Positions 36,664 to 48,268 are shown, numbered from the stretch's first letter. The stretch: 64,000 nt of DNA from Anaeromyxobacteraceae bacterium (GCA_047602405.1 JASGHJ010000002.1:3136001-3200000); one strand, 5' to 3'. Notes: generated by a model not told the origin, from the letters alone. Numbers and translations are program-made.

Positions 36664-39600
36664 TCAGGGCACCGGTACGCTTCGCGGCAGGTCCGCCCAG
36701 GCGAGGCCGTCTCCCACGACGCCATCCTGGTAGGAGCCCCAGCACCAGGTCGAGGCGTCGAGCTTCGTCGCGCAGGTGTTCGCGTTGCCCGCCCGGACGG
36801 TCGCCCAGTCGGTCCCGGCGCCGACCTGGGTCGGGACGTCGATGCGGTCGAGGTCGGTCACGTAGCCGAGCTGGCCCTTCCGGTTGTCGCCCCAGCACCA
36901 GAGCGTGCGTGCGCCGGCGGCGCTGCGGATCCCGCAGACGTGGCCGGAGCCGAGCGAGACGTCCACCCAGCCGGTCTCGGCGAAGAGGTTCACGGCGCAC
37001 GGGTCGGCCGTCCCCCAGAACTGGCCGCCCCAGCAGGCGAGCCGGCGCGTGCCGGCCGCGTCCCGGATGCCACAGGAGGCGCTCGTCCCGGCGACGACCT
37101 GGAGCCAGTCGGTGTCGGCCCCGATCGTCTGCGGCGAGGTGACGATGGTTCCTCCGTTCGAGCAGTTCGGCCAGGCGCCCCCGCCTCCTCCCCAGCAGGC
37201 GAGGGCCCCGGTGTCGCGGATGCCGCAGTTGTGCGTGGCGCCCGCGGCGATCGCGCGCCAGGCGCCGGGGACCTGCCGCGGCCACTCGAGGTGGTTCGTG
37301 TTCCCCTGCCCGAGCAGGCCGTAGAACGCGTTCATGCCCCAGCACCAGAGGCTCCCGGGCAGGCTCGCGCCACGGATGCCGCAGGAGTGGCCCTCGCCCG
37401 CGCTCACCGCGAGCCAGTCGCTCGCGTGCGCGAGCGTCGCGTCGAGGGGGATCTCGGCGAACTCGGCGGTGTTGTAGGACGACTCCCCGAGGCCGAGCTG
37501 GCCGGTGCCATTCGAGCCGCCGCAGAAGGCGCGGTGATCGCTCGCGAGCAGGCAGGAGTGGCCCGCGCCCAGGCTGGCGGCGCTCCACGTGTGGCCCGCG
37601 GCCTCGCCGCCCGCCGGTCCCGGGACGGCCAGAATCCGCGGCGGCGCCGTTGAAGAGCAGGTCCCCCGGGCTCGAGCCGTACAGGCTGTCCTCGCCCCAG
37701 CAGGAGAGGCCTCCACCGGCGGTGATCCCGCAGGCGCGGCCCGGCTCCTGGGCGTTGCGCATGAGGTCGAGGCTGGCGAAGACCTCCGCGCCGGAGACCC
37801 GCCGCGGCGCGAACGCCGCGCCCGCGACGAACCCCTGCCCGAGCTGCCCCGCCGTGTCGTCGCCGAAGCAGGCCGCCTCCCCGCCGCTCGACCACGCGCA
37901 GACGTGGCGCCCGGCGGTCACCCCCGCCCAGTCGTGGCGATCGCCGACGACGGCCGGCGCGAGCCTGGCGCTCGAGGCCCCCGTCCCGAGCTGGCCGCGA
38001 TCGTTCGCGCCCCAGCAGAGGAGCGCCCCGGCGTCGTCGACGCCGCAGGTGAGGAGCCACCCGGCGCTCACGGCGCGCCAGCGCCTCGCGGGCAACACCG
38101 CCTCCGGCCCGTGCGTCGCGACGGTCGAGCCCTGCGTCTGCCCCTAGGCGTTGGAGCCCCAGCACCAGAGCGCGCCCGCCGAGGTGAGGCCGCAGGCGTG
38201 GTTGAGCCCGGCGGTGATCCCGTCCAGCCCGGAGGGCCCGGTCTGGCGCACCGGCGCCGTGGCCGACGCGAGCGTGCCCCAGCACCACGCCGTCCGGGCG
38301 CCGCCGTCCTCGCGGACGCCGCAGGCGTGGTTGTTGCTGACCGCGAGGGCCTGCCAGTCGCTCTCCGTGCCGACGCGCACCGGGGCCGGGCGGACCGCCC
38401 CCGCGGGCGCGGCCGCCCCGAGCCCGAGCGCGCCGCTCGTGTTGTGGCCCCAGCAGTGGAGCTCCGCGCCGGCGGGCGAGCCGCGGAGCCCGCAGGTGTG
38501 CTCGAAGCCCGCCGCCACGAGGAGCCAGTCGGTGGCGGTGCCGACCCGTACCGGCGCCTCCTTGAACGCGGTCACCGTCCCGATGCCGAGCTGGCCGAAG
38601 TCGTTGGCGCCCCAGCACCACAGGCTCCCGTCGCGGCCGACGGCGCAGCTGTGCCCCTTCCCGGCGGACACGCTGCGGAAGCGCTCCTGCGCCGACGCGA
38701 CCCGGCCAGGATCGCCCGCCGCGGCGGCCGTGAGGGCGCTGCCCCGCCCGAGCTGCGCGGTCGCGTTGTCGCCCCAGCAGAAGAGCCGGTCGTCGCTGCC
38801 GAGCGCGCAGGTGTGGCGCTGCCCGGCCGAGAACGCGCCCCAGCTGCGCGCAATGGTCCACGCGGCGACCGCGGGCGTGAGGTCGGGGTTGCCCTCCGCG
38901 TCGGCGGCCGCCACCGAGAACGTGTGCGCACCGAGCGACAGATCGGTGAGCGCGAGCGGCGACGCACACGGCGCGGCCGGCGCGCCGTCGAGGCTGCAGG
39001 CGAAGGAGGCCGTCCCCGCGCTGCCCCCGAAGGCGATCGACACGTCGACGTCGTAGCTCGTCTGCGCCGGCGCCGCGGAGATCGTGGTCTCCGGCGCGAC
39101 GACGTCGTACGGCAGCTCGGAGGTGGCCGCGGTGGTCTCGTTGCCCGCGAGGTCCGCGACCGTGAGCTCGACCCGCAACGTCCCCGTGCCCGTGAGCCCC
39201 AGCTCGGCCACCGAGACCGACGCGGAGAGGTCGAGCCAGGCGGGGTCGAGGGTCGGCCGGAGCGTCGCGGCCAACCCGAGGCGCGGCTGCCCGTCGACGA
39301 CGGCGACCGCGCCCACGATCCGGGCCGGCGCGGAGACGCGCGCGGTGACCCGCGGGAGCGAGGTGGTCCCCACGCCGCTCCCGGCGTCGCGCCACGCGAC
39401 GTCCGCGATGGAAGGTCCGTGCACGTCGAGCTGCACGGTCCCCGCGTTCAGGGTGGCGGTGTTGCCCACCGCGTCCACCGCGGCGACCTGGACCAGCCAC
39501 TCGCCCTCGGCCTCCTCGCCGGTGACGGCGTAGCGGAAGACGCCCGCCGCGCCCGCGAACTCGAAGAGCGCCATCGGGAGCCGCACCTCACCCCGCGTGA

Positions 39601-39904
39601 GCCAGGCCGAGGGCGAGACGCCGAGCGCCTCGTTCGTCTGGAAGGTCAGCTCGACGAGGGTCCCCGGCGTGGCCACCGCCGGCACGACCCTGGCCGTGAC
39701 CAGCTCCGCGGGCGTGCCGTCCCCGTTGCCGTCGCGCACGCACCGCTGCAGGGCCGCCTCGCAGTGCGTCTGCGCGGGGCACTCCGCGTCCGTCGAGCAG
39801 GTGACCCGGGCTCCCCCCGGGAGGTCGGTCGAGACCTTGCACCCGGCGAGCGCGGCGAGTCCCAGCAGCATTCCGAACGCGCACTTTCCACCATGCGTGA
39901 GCAT
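36664..39904 (-). CDS. RCC1-repeat lipoprotein with Ig-like domains; interrupted by in-frame TAG (38144-38146) and a +1 frameshift (37632-37636)
   Basis: LAGC lipobox, DLAGN/DAVGN Ig motifs, many SAG..HTC...LWCWG.N..GQLG repeats across three ORFs. Confidence 0.85.
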
Positions 39905-40007
39905 GGCCGCACGTTAGCACCCGGAGATCGAGGCGACGAGAAGGCGGGTCACGCTGCGTGTGACCAGATGTACGCACCGCCGCGCCCGCTTCACGCGGAC
40001 GGAGCGT

Positions 40008-42020
40008 CTACCCGGCGCCCAGCACCGCCGCGAGCCGCTCCCGCGTGGCCGGCTTCGGGATGTGGTGCTCGAAGCCGGCGTCCCGGGCGCGCCGCACGTC
40101 GTCGGGGAGCGCGTAGCCCGAGAGCGCGACGAGCCGCGCGCCGCGGAGGCTCGCGTCGGCGCGGAAGGCGCGCGCCACGGCGTAGCCGTCCATCACCGGG
40201 AGCCCGATGTCGCACAGGACCACGTCGGGCCGGAGCGCGCGCGCCCGCTCGAGGCCCTGCGGCCCGTCGCCCGCCACCGCGACCTCGTGGCCGTCGAGCT
40301 CGAGCAGCTCCTTCAGGCTCTGGGCGGCGTCGGGGTTGTCCTCGATGAGGAGGACGCGCCGGCGCGCGGCCGGCGCCTCCTGGCGCCGCTCCGGCGCCGC
40401 CTCGAGCACCGCCTGGAGCGGGAGGCGGACCGTGAACGCCGCGCCGCGGCCCTGGCCCTCGCTCCGCGCCTCGATCCGGCCGCCGTGCAGGTCGACGAGC
40501 CCCTTCACGAGCGCGAGGCCGAGGCCGAGGCCCCCCTTGGAGCGGTCGAGCGTCTCGTCCGCCTGCATGAACGGCTCGAACAGCCGCGCGAGCACCTGCG
40601 GCTCGATCCCGACGCCGGTGTCCGCCACCCGCACGACCGCGTGGCCGGCCTCCGCGTCCACCGCCACCGACACGTCCACCTCGCCGCCCGGGGGCGTGAA
40701 CTTCGCGGCGTTCTGGAGGAGGTTCCCCACGATCTGCGCCACCCGCTTGCCGTCCGCGTCGATGTGGATGGGGGCCCCCGGCGCCTCGAACCGCGCCGCG
40801 AGCCCCGCCCCCTCGAGCACGGTCCGGTGATCCTCGAACGTGCGGCGCACGAGCTCGGTCAGCTCGAGGCGCGCCCGCTGCAGCTGGACCTTGCCGCGCG
40901 TGATGCGGGTCACGTCGAGCAGGTCGTCCACGAGGTGCGTGAGCTGGTCGATCTGCCGCCCGATCACCGCCCGCGCGCGCCGGGCCTGGTCGGCGCCCGG
41001 CGGGACGCGATCCAGGATGTAGAGGCTGTTCTTCACGGGGGCGAGCGGGTTCCTGAGCTCGTGCGAGAGCACGGCGAGGAAGTGGTTCTTGCGCCGGTCC
41101 GCCTCCTCGAGCCGCGCCTGCGCGGTCCGGAGCTCGGAGATGTCCTGGATCGCGACCACCGCGCCCGTGATCGCGCCCGCGGCGTCGGTGGTCGGCGCGC
41201 CGCAGAACACGATCGTGCCCTTCGTCCCGTCGAAGCGCTCGATGTCGACGACGACACCCTTCGTCCTGCGGCCGTGGAGCAGCGCCTGAGCCGCGGGCCA
41301 CTCCTCCGGCGCGAGGCGCTGGCCGGTCGAAGGCCAGTAGCCCGCGTACTGGTCGTACCCGGAGATGTCCTCGGTCGGGACCGACCCGGCCCAGATCCGC
41401 TTCGCCTCCACGTTCGTCAGCGTGACCTTGCCGTTCGCCTCGGTGACGAAGAGCCCCACCGGGATGGTGTCCAGGATGGCCTGGACGCGGGCGCGCTCCT
41501 CCTCGAGGAGCGACCTGCTCACCCGCGCCGCGCGCACCGTGCGCGTGATCTCCTCGCACACGTTGAACACCGCGATGATCCGGCCTTCCCCGTCGCGCAG
41601 CGGCGTGAGGGTGTACGTGAAGATGGCCTCCTCCTCGCGCCCGTGCCGGTGGATCCGGTACGGCACCTCCTCGAACCGCTGCGCGGCCCCGTTCTTCATG
41701 ACCTCCCGGAAGGGACCGATGATGCCGTCGAGCACCTCGGGCCAGACCTCGCGGATCGCCCGCCCCATCGCCGCCGGGTGCTTTCCGGGGCCGAGCACGG
41801 GCGCGTAGCCGTCGTTGTAGATGAGGGCGAACTCCGGGCCGGCCCAGATCGCCATCGGCGTCCGGCAGTCGAGGCAGAGCTGGACGGCCGACCGCAGCGC
41901 CGCCGGCCAGTGCTCGACCGCGCCGAGCGGCGTCGTGGCCCACGAGACGCGGCGCGCCGCATCCCGCGCCTCCCCCGGGCCGTCGAACAGCGCCTGCGCC
42001 GGACCCCGCGCCTCGTGCAC
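40008..42020 (-). CDS. Hybrid sensor histidine kinase (PAS-like, HisKA, HATPase, receiver)
   Basis: LSHELRNPL, NLLQNAAKFT, DTGVG, GLGLGL, LCDIGLP; GGAGG RBS before GTG. Confidence 0.93.
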   Translation of the reverse strand: MHEARGPAQALFDGPGEARDAARRVSWATTPLGAVEHWPAALRSAVQLCLDCRTPMAIWAGPEFALIYNDGYAPVLGPGKHPAAMGRAIREVWPEVLDGIIGPFREVMKNGAAQRFEEVPYRIHRHGREEEAIFTYTLTPLRDGEGRIIAVFNVCEEITRTVRAARVSRSLLEEERARVQAILDTIPVGLFVTEANGKVTLTNVEAKRIWAGSVPTEDISGYDQYAGYWPSTGQRLAPEEWPAAQALLHGRRTKGVVVDIERFDGTKGTIVFCGAPTTDAAGAITGAVVAIQDISELRTAQARLEEADRRKNHFLAVLSHELRNPLAPVKNSLYILDRVPPGADQARRARAVIGRQIDQLTHLVDDLLDVTRITRGKVQLQRARLELTELVRRTFEDHRTVLEGAGLAARFEAPGAPIHIDADGKRVAQIVGNLLQNAAKFTPPGGEVDVSVAVDAEAGHAVVRVADTGVGIEPQVLARLFEPFMQADETLDRSKGGLGLGLALVKGLVDLHGGRIEARSEGQGRGAAFTVRLPLQAVLEAAPERRQEAPAARRRVLLIEDNPDAAQSLKELLELDGHEVAVAGDGPQGLERARALRPDVVLCDIGLPVMDGYAVARAFRADASLRGARLVALSGYALPDDVRRARDAGFEHHIPKPATRERLAAVLGAG

Positions 42021-42154
42021 GCCTGCACCTCCCCTCCCGGCACGATACCCCGGTCCCTCGAGGCGTCGCCGCGCCCCATGAGAGCCGCGACCCTCCGTCG
42101 GTGCCAGCGACGCACGCGGCTGGAGCGGGTGAGTCGGGCAGCGGAGCTCGGCTT

Positions 42155-42631
42155 CTACGGGCTCCGCCCCTGAGCGGCGCGCGGACCGGCCAGCACGCGC
42201 TCGAGGTCGTCGATCCCGCGCTCGATGAGGGCGAGTGCCTCCTCGAACGCGGCGCGCCCGCGGCGGTGGGGATCGGGTACGTCGAACCCGCCCCACCGGC
42301 CGAGCGGGATCACCCGCCCTCGCGCGGGCGGGTGGAAAGCCTCCACGGCGCGCTGGTGGCCGTGCTCCATCACGAGGACGAGGTCCGCGCCTCGCACGAG
42401 CGCGGGGCCGAGCTGGCGCGCCCGGTGCGCCGAGAGGTCGAGGCCCCGCTCGCCCACGAGCTCGAGCGCGAGCGGGGCGGCCGGCTCGCCGACGAGCGCG
42501 GCCAGCCCCGCCGACTCCACCCGCGCCGACGCTCCGCGCTCCCGGAGCCTCGCCTCGAGGAGCACGGCCGCCATGGGGCTGCGGCAGATGTTGCCGACGC
42601 AGACCACCAGCACCCTGTCGAACCCGACCAT
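42155..42631 (-). CDS. wzb: Low-molecular-weight protein-tyrosine phosphatase
   Basis: CVGNICRS, DVPDP. Confidence 0.93.
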   Translation of the reverse strand: MVGFDRVLVVCVGNICRSPMAAVLLEARLRERGASARVESAGLAALVGEPAAPLALELVGERGLDLSAHRARQLGPALVRGADLVLVMEHGHQRAVEAFHPPARGRVIPLGRWGGFDVPDPHRRGRAAFEEALALIERGIDDLERVLAGPRAAQGRSP

Positions 42632-42654
42632 GTCCGCCCCTCCGCCTCTCCGGG

Positions 42655-44922
42655 TCAGTCGCTCCGGAGCGACCGGTACTCGTAGGCATAGTGGCCGGCG
42701 TAGCGCGCGGCGAGGCCCGTGGTGGTGACGTCGTTCAGGACCGCGCCGTGGACCCGGATGCGGCTCTGCTCGAGCCGCTTCACGGCGAGCGAGATCTCGC
42801 GGATCGGATGGTGCCCGGCCTTGAGCACGAGGAGGACCACGCCCGCCGCCTGCCCCACGAGCGTGGGGTCCGCGACGGCGAGGATCGGCGGCGTGTCCAC
42901 GAGCACGATGTCGTAGCGGTGCGAGAGCCCGTCGAGGAGGCGCCGGAAGCGCTCGCTCGCGAGCATCTCGGCGGGGTTCGGGGGCAGCCGGCCGGTGGTC
43001 AGGACGTCGAGGCGCGGGTGCCCGGTCTTCTGCACGCCGCCCTCCGGCCCGCTGCCGTCGAGCTGCTCGGAGATCCCGGGCCGCCGGGGGAGCCCGAAGT
43101 ACCGGTGCAGGTGACCGCGCCGCAGGTCGGCGTCCACCACCAGGACGCGCCGGTCGGCCTCGGCGAGCACGAGGGCGAGGTTCACCGTGACGAACGACTT
43201 CCCGAGCCCCGGGCTGGGCCCGCTCACCATCACCACGTTGCTCGACGCCTCGAGGAGGGCGAACTGCAGGCTGGTGCGGAGGCTGCGGAGGTGCTCGATG
43301 GCCACGTCGGACGGGTCGATGGCGGCGAGGACCCCGAGCGGCTTTCGCCGGCGGGTGAACCCCCGCAGGTGCTCCTGCCGCTGGCTGTGCGGGATGGTGG
43401 CGTAGACCGACACGCCGGTGGCGCGCTCGATCTCGTCGGGGTCCACCGTGCGGTCGTCGAGGGCGCGGCGCACGAACGCGAGGCCGGCGCCCAGGCAGAG
43501 CCCGAGCGCGAGCGCGACGAGCAGGGTCGCCGCGGGCCGGGGCGCGACCGGCTCGTCGGGGACGAACGCTTCGTCCACGGTCCGCACGTTCCCGACCGTC
43601 CCCGACTTCACCACCCGGAGCTCCTGGGCCTTGTTGAGGACGAGCATGTACAGCTCGCTCGCCACCTTCACCTCGCGGGCCTGGCGGGCCGACTCGAGCT
43701 CGGTCTCGGGGAGCTGCTTCATGCGGGCGTTCATGGCGGCGCGCTCGCCGCGCAGGCTGCGGAGCTTCTCGTCCACCGCGAGCATCGCCGGGTGCGCCGG
43801 CGTGAAGCGCTGGGAGAGCTCGGCGCGCTGGAGCTCGACGGTCGAGACCTCCTTCTCGAGCTCGACGCTCCGGTCGAGCAGGGCCTGGGTCTCCTTCGAG
43901 AGGTCCACCACCCCCCGCTCGCGCTGCAGCTTCGACGCACCCGCCTCGGCGGACGTGAGCGTCGACTTCAGCTCCGGGAGCTGCGACTCGAGGAACGCGA
44001 GCGTCTTCGCGGCCTCCACCGAGCGGCGCTCCACGTTCAGCCGGACGTAGGCGTTCGCGAGCGCGCGGAGGATGGCCGCGAGCCGCTTCGGATCGGGGCC
44101 CGAGAGCGACACCACCAGGATGCCGGTCTTCCGGCCGCGCTCGCTCACGCCGAGGTTCCAATCGAGCTCCTCGAGCACCTCGTTGTGCCGGCGGCGCACC
44201 ACCCGGAACGCCGTGCCGGGCCGCGCGCGCAGCTCGGCGACGAAGCCCTCCACGCGCTCGCCCCCCTCGCCTCCCGCGAACGCCCGCCCGGGCCGGGCGT
44301 CCTGCACGAGCACCCGGCCGTCCCGCTCCACCCGGAAGCCCGCGCCCTCGGCGACGAGCCGCAGCGGCTTGCCGACGAGCGCCTCTCCCACCTCGAGGCG
44401 GTCCACCACGATCCGCTCGCCGCCCCACGGCCACCCGGCGAGCGCCTCGAGCCCGAGGGGCGGGCCGGAGAGGCCCGGCCCCTCGTACCGCCTCGCCACC
44501 GCGGCCCCGAGGAGCGGGAACCACGCGGGGCGCGCCTCGACGTCGAGCTTCAGCTCGCCCGCGACGGCCTCGAGCACCGTCCTCGAGCGGATGAGCGCCA
44601 TCTCCGTGTCGGAGGGGGGCGGCTCGGCGATGATCGCGGCGACACCCTGGAGCCGCGTCGAGCCGCGGGACGGGTCCTCCACCTGCACCACGGTGTTCGA
44701 CTCGTACACGGGGGTCTTGAGGTACGCGTACGCGGCGCCGAGCGCGACGGCGGCCAGCGTCGCGGCCGCGATGAGCCACCGGCCCTCGACGAGGACGCCC
44801 GCGACCGCCCGCAGGGCCGGGGCGGCCTCCTGGGGCGGCGGCGGCAGGCGCTCGCCGGCCGGACCGGGGGCGTCCGGTCCGCGCCGCCCTCCGACCGGAC
44901 GCAGCGTCTCCTCCGGGGTCAC
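42655..44922 (-). CDS. wzc: Polysaccharide biosynthesis tyrosine autokinase
   Basis: Two TM segments, coiled coil, GPSPGLGKS, DADLRR, VDTPP, C-terminal Tyr cluster. Confidence 0.93.
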   Translation of the reverse strand: MTPEETLRPVGGRRGPDAPGPAGERLPPPPQEAAPALRAVAGVLVEGRWLIAAATLAAVALGAAYAYLKTPVYESNTVVQVEDPSRGSTRLQGVAAIIAEPPPSDTEMALIRSRTVLEAVAGELKLDVEARPAWFPLLGAAVARRYEGPGLSGPPLGLEALAGWPWGGERIVVDRLEVGEALVGKPLRLVAEGAGFRVERDGRVLVQDARPGRAFAGGEGGERVEGFVAELRARPGTAFRVVRRRHNEVLEELDWNLGVSERGRKTGILVVSLSGPDPKRLAAILRALANAYVRLNVERRSVEAAKTLAFLESQLPELKSTLTSAEAGASKLQRERGVVDLSKETQALLDRSVELEKEVSTVELQRAELSQRFTPAHPAMLAVDEKLRSLRGERAAMNARMKQLPETELESARQAREVKVASELYMLVLNKAQELRVVKSGTVGNVRTVDEAFVPDEPVAPRPAATLLVALALGLCLGAGLAFVRRALDDRTVDPDEIERATGVSVYATIPHSQRQEHLRGFTRRRKPLGVLAAIDPSDVAIEHLRSLRTSLQFALLEASSNVVMVSGPSPGLGKSFVTVNLALVLAEADRRVLVVDADLRRGHLHRYFGLPRRPGISEQLDGSGPEGGVQKTGHPRLDVLTTGRLPPNPAEMLASERFRRLLDGLSHRYDIVLVDTPPILAVADPTLVGQAAGVVLLVLKAGHHPIREISLAVKRLEQSRIRVHGAVLNDVTTTGLAARYAGHYAYEYRSLRSD

Positions 44923-46886
44923 GGGCCGGGCGCCTCCGCGGCGTCGCTGCGCTCGCGCCCGGGGGCCTCGTCCCAGGACGCGATCGCCGCGGGCCTGCGC
45001 GCGTGGCGGCGGAGCTGCGAGCGCTCCGGGGCGCCCCCGAGCCGCGCGCTCGGGACGAGCACCGACATCTCGGCGAGGACCGCGGCGCTGTCGCCGGCGA
45101 GCGCGGCGCTGCGGAGCGCCGCGAGGTGCTCCCGGAAGCGTGGCGGCGCGGGGACCGAGTGGGCCACCCGGATCCCGTCGCGGCAGCGGCCGGTCTCCTC
45201 CTCCTCCTCGCTGAGCAGCTCCTCCCGGATCTTCTCGCCGGGCCTCAGGCCGGTGAAGATGATCGGGATGTCCTCGCCGGGCACGTGGCCCGTCATGGTG
45301 ATGAGGTTGCGGGCGAGGTCGAGGATCCGCATCGGCGAGCCCATCTCCAGGAGGCACAGGTCGCTCTCGCACCGGATCCCGGCGAGCAGCACGAGGCCCA
45401 CGGCCTCGCCGATGGTCATGAAGTAGCGGGTGCAGTCGGGGTGGGTGAGGGTCACCGGCCCGCCGCGCTCGATCTGCCGCTTGAAGATGGGGATGACGCT
45501 CCCCGCCGAGCCGAGCACGTTCCCGAACCGGATCGAGGTCATCCGGGTGGACGTGCGGTGGGCGAGATCGCGGACCACCATCTCCGCGATGCGCTTCGAC
45601 GCGCCCATGACGGAGGTCGGGTTCACCGCCTTGTCGGTCGAGACGAGCACGAAGCGCTGCGCACCGCAGGCGATGGCCATGCGCGCCGCGTTGCGCGTGC
45701 CGATGACGTTGTTCTTCACGGCCTCCTCGGGCGCGTCCTCGAGGAGCGGGACGTGCTTGTGGGCCGCGGCGTGGAACAGGTACTGGGGCCGGTAGCGCTC
45801 CCCGAGCTTGCGGAGGCGCCGGTACTCGCGCACGTCCGCCACCTCGGCGTGGAACGTCACGTGCGGATGCTCCGCAGCCAGCAGCCGGGAGTTCAGGTAG
45901 AGCTCGTTCTCGTTCATGTCCACGAGCACCAGCGTCCCGGCGCCGTGCACCGCGAGCTGGCGCGCGATCTCGCTCCCGATCGAGCCGCCCGCGCCGGTGA
46001 CGAGCACGGTGCGCCCCTCCACCTGGCGGCGGATCTCGCTCGCGTCGAACACCACGCGCTCGCGCGGGAGCAGGTCCTCGGGCGCGAGGTCGTGGAGCTT
46101 CGCCGCCGCGACCTGCGCGTCCATCTCGGTGAACGAGGTGGGGAGGATCTTCACGGTGGTCTGGGTGGAGGCGCAGAGGTCGAGCAGCCGCCGCACGCGG
46201 TCGCGCGCGATCTTGGGCACCGCCACCAGCACCGCGGTGATGTGGTACTCGGCGAGGAGGGCCGGGACGTCCTCCAGGCCACCGAGCACCGGCCGCCCGA
46301 CGAGCTGCGTGCCGACCTTCGCCGCGTCGTCGTCGACGAAGCCGACGAGGAGGTGCCGCGACTCGGGGTTGTGACGGATGTCGCGCGCGAGCAGGTCGCC
46401 GGCCTCCCCGGCCCCGTAGATCAGCGTGCGCGCGAGCTTCCCCGCGCGGAGGCGGGCCCGCTCCCGGCGCCAGCCCAGGAACACGTCGGGCCCGAAGCGG
46501 AAGCCGGCGATGAGCACCGAGGAGACCAGGAACTCGATCGGGAAGATCGAGCGCGGTACGTCCCGCTCGAGGACGAGCACGAGGAGGCAGAACACCCAGC
46601 TCGCGACACCCTGCGCGGCGAGGAGGCGCGCCGCCTCCGGTCGACCGGGCAGCCTGAACGACCAGCGGTGCAGCCCGAAGAGCGTCAGGGTCGCGAGGCG
46701 GAGGCAGATCACCACGGGCACGGTCAGGGCGTGGATCGCCGCGAAGGGCGGCGTCACCCTCCCCTCGAACCGGAGCCACCACGCCGCCTCGATCCCGATG
46801 GCGGTCGCCGCGGCGTCGCAGCAGAGGATGAGCACGGAGCGGACCCCGGCGTAGGCGAACCAGCGTTTCAAGTTGACCGCGAGCAT
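44919..46886 (-). CDS. Nucleoside-diphosphate sugar 4,6-dehydratase (CapD/PglF/WbpM-like)
   Basis: N-terminal TM segments, GAGEAG, TGAGGSIGSE, HAAAHKHVP, STDKAV, RFGNVLGS. Confidence 0.93.
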   Translation of the reverse strand: MLAVNLKRWFAYAGVRSVLILCCDAAATAIGIEAAWWLRFEGRVTPPFAAIHALTVPVVICLRLATLTLFGLHRWSFRLPGRPEAARLLAAQGVASWVFCLLVLVLERDVPRSIFPIEFLVSSVLIAGFRFGPDVFLGWRRERARLRAGKLARTLIYGAGEAGDLLARDIRHNPESRHLLVGFVDDDAAKVGTQLVGRPVLGGLEDVPALLAEYHITAVLVAVPKIARDRVRRLLDLCASTQTTVKILPTSFTEMDAQVAAAKLHDLAPEDLLPRERVVFDASEIRRQVEGRTVLVTGAGGSIGSEIARQLAVHGAGTLVLVDMNENELYLNSRLLAAEHPHVTFHAEVADVREYRRLRKLGERYRPQYLFHAAAHKHVPLLEDAPEEAVKNNVIGTRNAARMAIACGAQRFVLVSTDKAVNPTSVMGASKRIAEMVVRDLAHRTSTRMTSIRFGNVLGSAGSVIPIFKRQIERGGPVTLTHPDCTRYFMTIGEAVGLVLLAGIRCESDLCLLEMGSPMRILDLARNLITMTGHVPGEDIPIIFTGLRPGEKIREELLSEEEEETGRCRDGIRVAHSVPAPPRFREHLAALRSAALAGDSAAVLAEMSVLVPSARLGGAPERSQLRRHARRPAAIASWDEAPGRERSDAAEAPGP

Positions 46887-46942
46887 TCTCGCTCCAGGCA
46901 GGGGTGGTGTCGGCCGGCGGAGGGCAGCGGCGTCCGCTTCCC

Positions 46943-48268
46943 TCAGGCGCCGGGAGGCTCGCCGGCGCCGGCGATGGGCGCCGGACGGGTGGCGTCGGTC
47001 GGCCAGGGCTCGCGCCGAGAGACCGAGGCCGGGCGGGGAACATCTCCGGCGGCGTGGAGGCGGTGCCGCGCCACGGTGTCGAGGACCGCCGTGACGACCC
47101 GCTCCACCTGCGCGTCGCTCATCGCCGAGTAGATCGGCAGGGAGACCGAGCGGCCGGCGACGTCCCGCGCGACCGGGAGGTCCTCGGGGCGATGGCCGAA
47201 GGCGTCCCGGTACCAGGGGTGCTCGTGCAGCGGGATGAAGTGCACCGAGGCGCCGACGCCGCGCGCCCTGAGCGCGTCCAGGAACCCGTCCCGGTCGACG
47301 TCCAGCGTCCCGGGGGCCAGCTTCACGACGTAGAGGTGGTGCGCGGTCGTGCGGTCCGGGCGGACGTCGAGGAGCTCGAGGGCGTCCTCGTCCACGAAGG
47401 CCTCGTCGTAGCGAGAAGCGATGGCCTGGCGACGGGCCCACATGGCCCGCGCCCGGCGCAGCTGGACGAGCCCGAGCGCCGCGGCGAGGTCGGGGAGGTT
47501 GTACTTGAACCCCGGCGCGAGGATCTCGTACCGCCAGGTCCCCGCCCGCGTGTAGCGCTTCCACGCGTCCCGCGAGATCCCGTGCAGCGACATGATCCGC
47601 ATCCGCTCGGCCCAGTCCTCCCGCGCGGTGACCACCGCCCCGCCCTCCGCCGTGGTGATGGTCTTCGTCGCGTAGAACGAGAAGCACGTGGCGTCGCCCA
47701 GGGTGCCGACGTCGCGGCCGCGGTACCGGGCCGGGAACGCGTGCGCGGCGTCGTCCACCAGTGCGACGCCGTGCCCGCGGGCGATCGCGCCGAGCTCGTC
47801 CATGTCCGCCGGCACGCCCGCGAAGTGGACCGGCACGATGGCGCGGGTGCGACGGGTGATCGCGCGCGCGACCGCGGCGGGGTCCACGTTGTGGTCGGAG
47901 GACCGCACGTCCACGAGCACGGGGATCGCGCCCAGGTGCTGGACGACCTCGGCCGTCGCGGCGAAGGTCAGGGTGGGCACGATGACCTCGTCGCCCGCAC
48001 GGACGCCCGCCGCCTCGAGCGCGAGGTGGAGCGCCGCGGTGCAGGAGTTGACGGCCACGCAGTGGCGCGCGCCGACCGCCTCCGCGAACCGCTCCTCGAG
48101 CTCCTTCGCGCGTGGCCCGGTGGTGATCCAGCCGGAGCGGAGGACCGCGACGACCGCCTCGACCTCGTCGTCGGTCACGTCGGGCAGCGCGAAGGGCAGG
48201 TACTCCGCCTCCGCTCCGGGGCCCTCGAGAGGTGTGCGGTGCTCGCCAGACGGCGCAGGTTCGGCCAT
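46943..48268 (-). CDS. DegT/DnrJ-family sugar aminotransferase
   Basis: SGWITTGP, NSCTAALH, DDAAH, FSFYATK.ITTAEGG. Confidence 0.93.
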   Translation of the reverse strand: MAEPAPSGEHRTPLEGPGAEAEYLPFALPDVTDDEVEAVVAVLRSGWITTGPRAKELEERFAEAVGARHCVAVNSCTAALHLALEAAGVRAGDEVIVPTLTFAATAEVVQHLGAIPVLVDVRSSDHNVDPAAVARAITRRTRAIVPVHFAGVPADMDELGAIARGHGVALVDDAAHAFPARYRGRDVGTLGDATCFSFYATKTITTAEGGAVVTAREDWAERMRIMSLHGISRDAWKRYTRAGTWRYEILAPGFKYNLPDLAAALGLVQLRRARAMWARRQAIASRYDEAFVDEDALELLDVRPDRTTAHHLYVVKLAPGTLDVDRDGFLDALRARGVGASVHFIPLHEHPWYRDAFGHRPEDLPVARDVAGRSVSLPIYSAMSDAQVERVVTAVLDTVARHRLHAAGDVPRPASVSRREPWPTDATRPAPIAGAGEPPGA

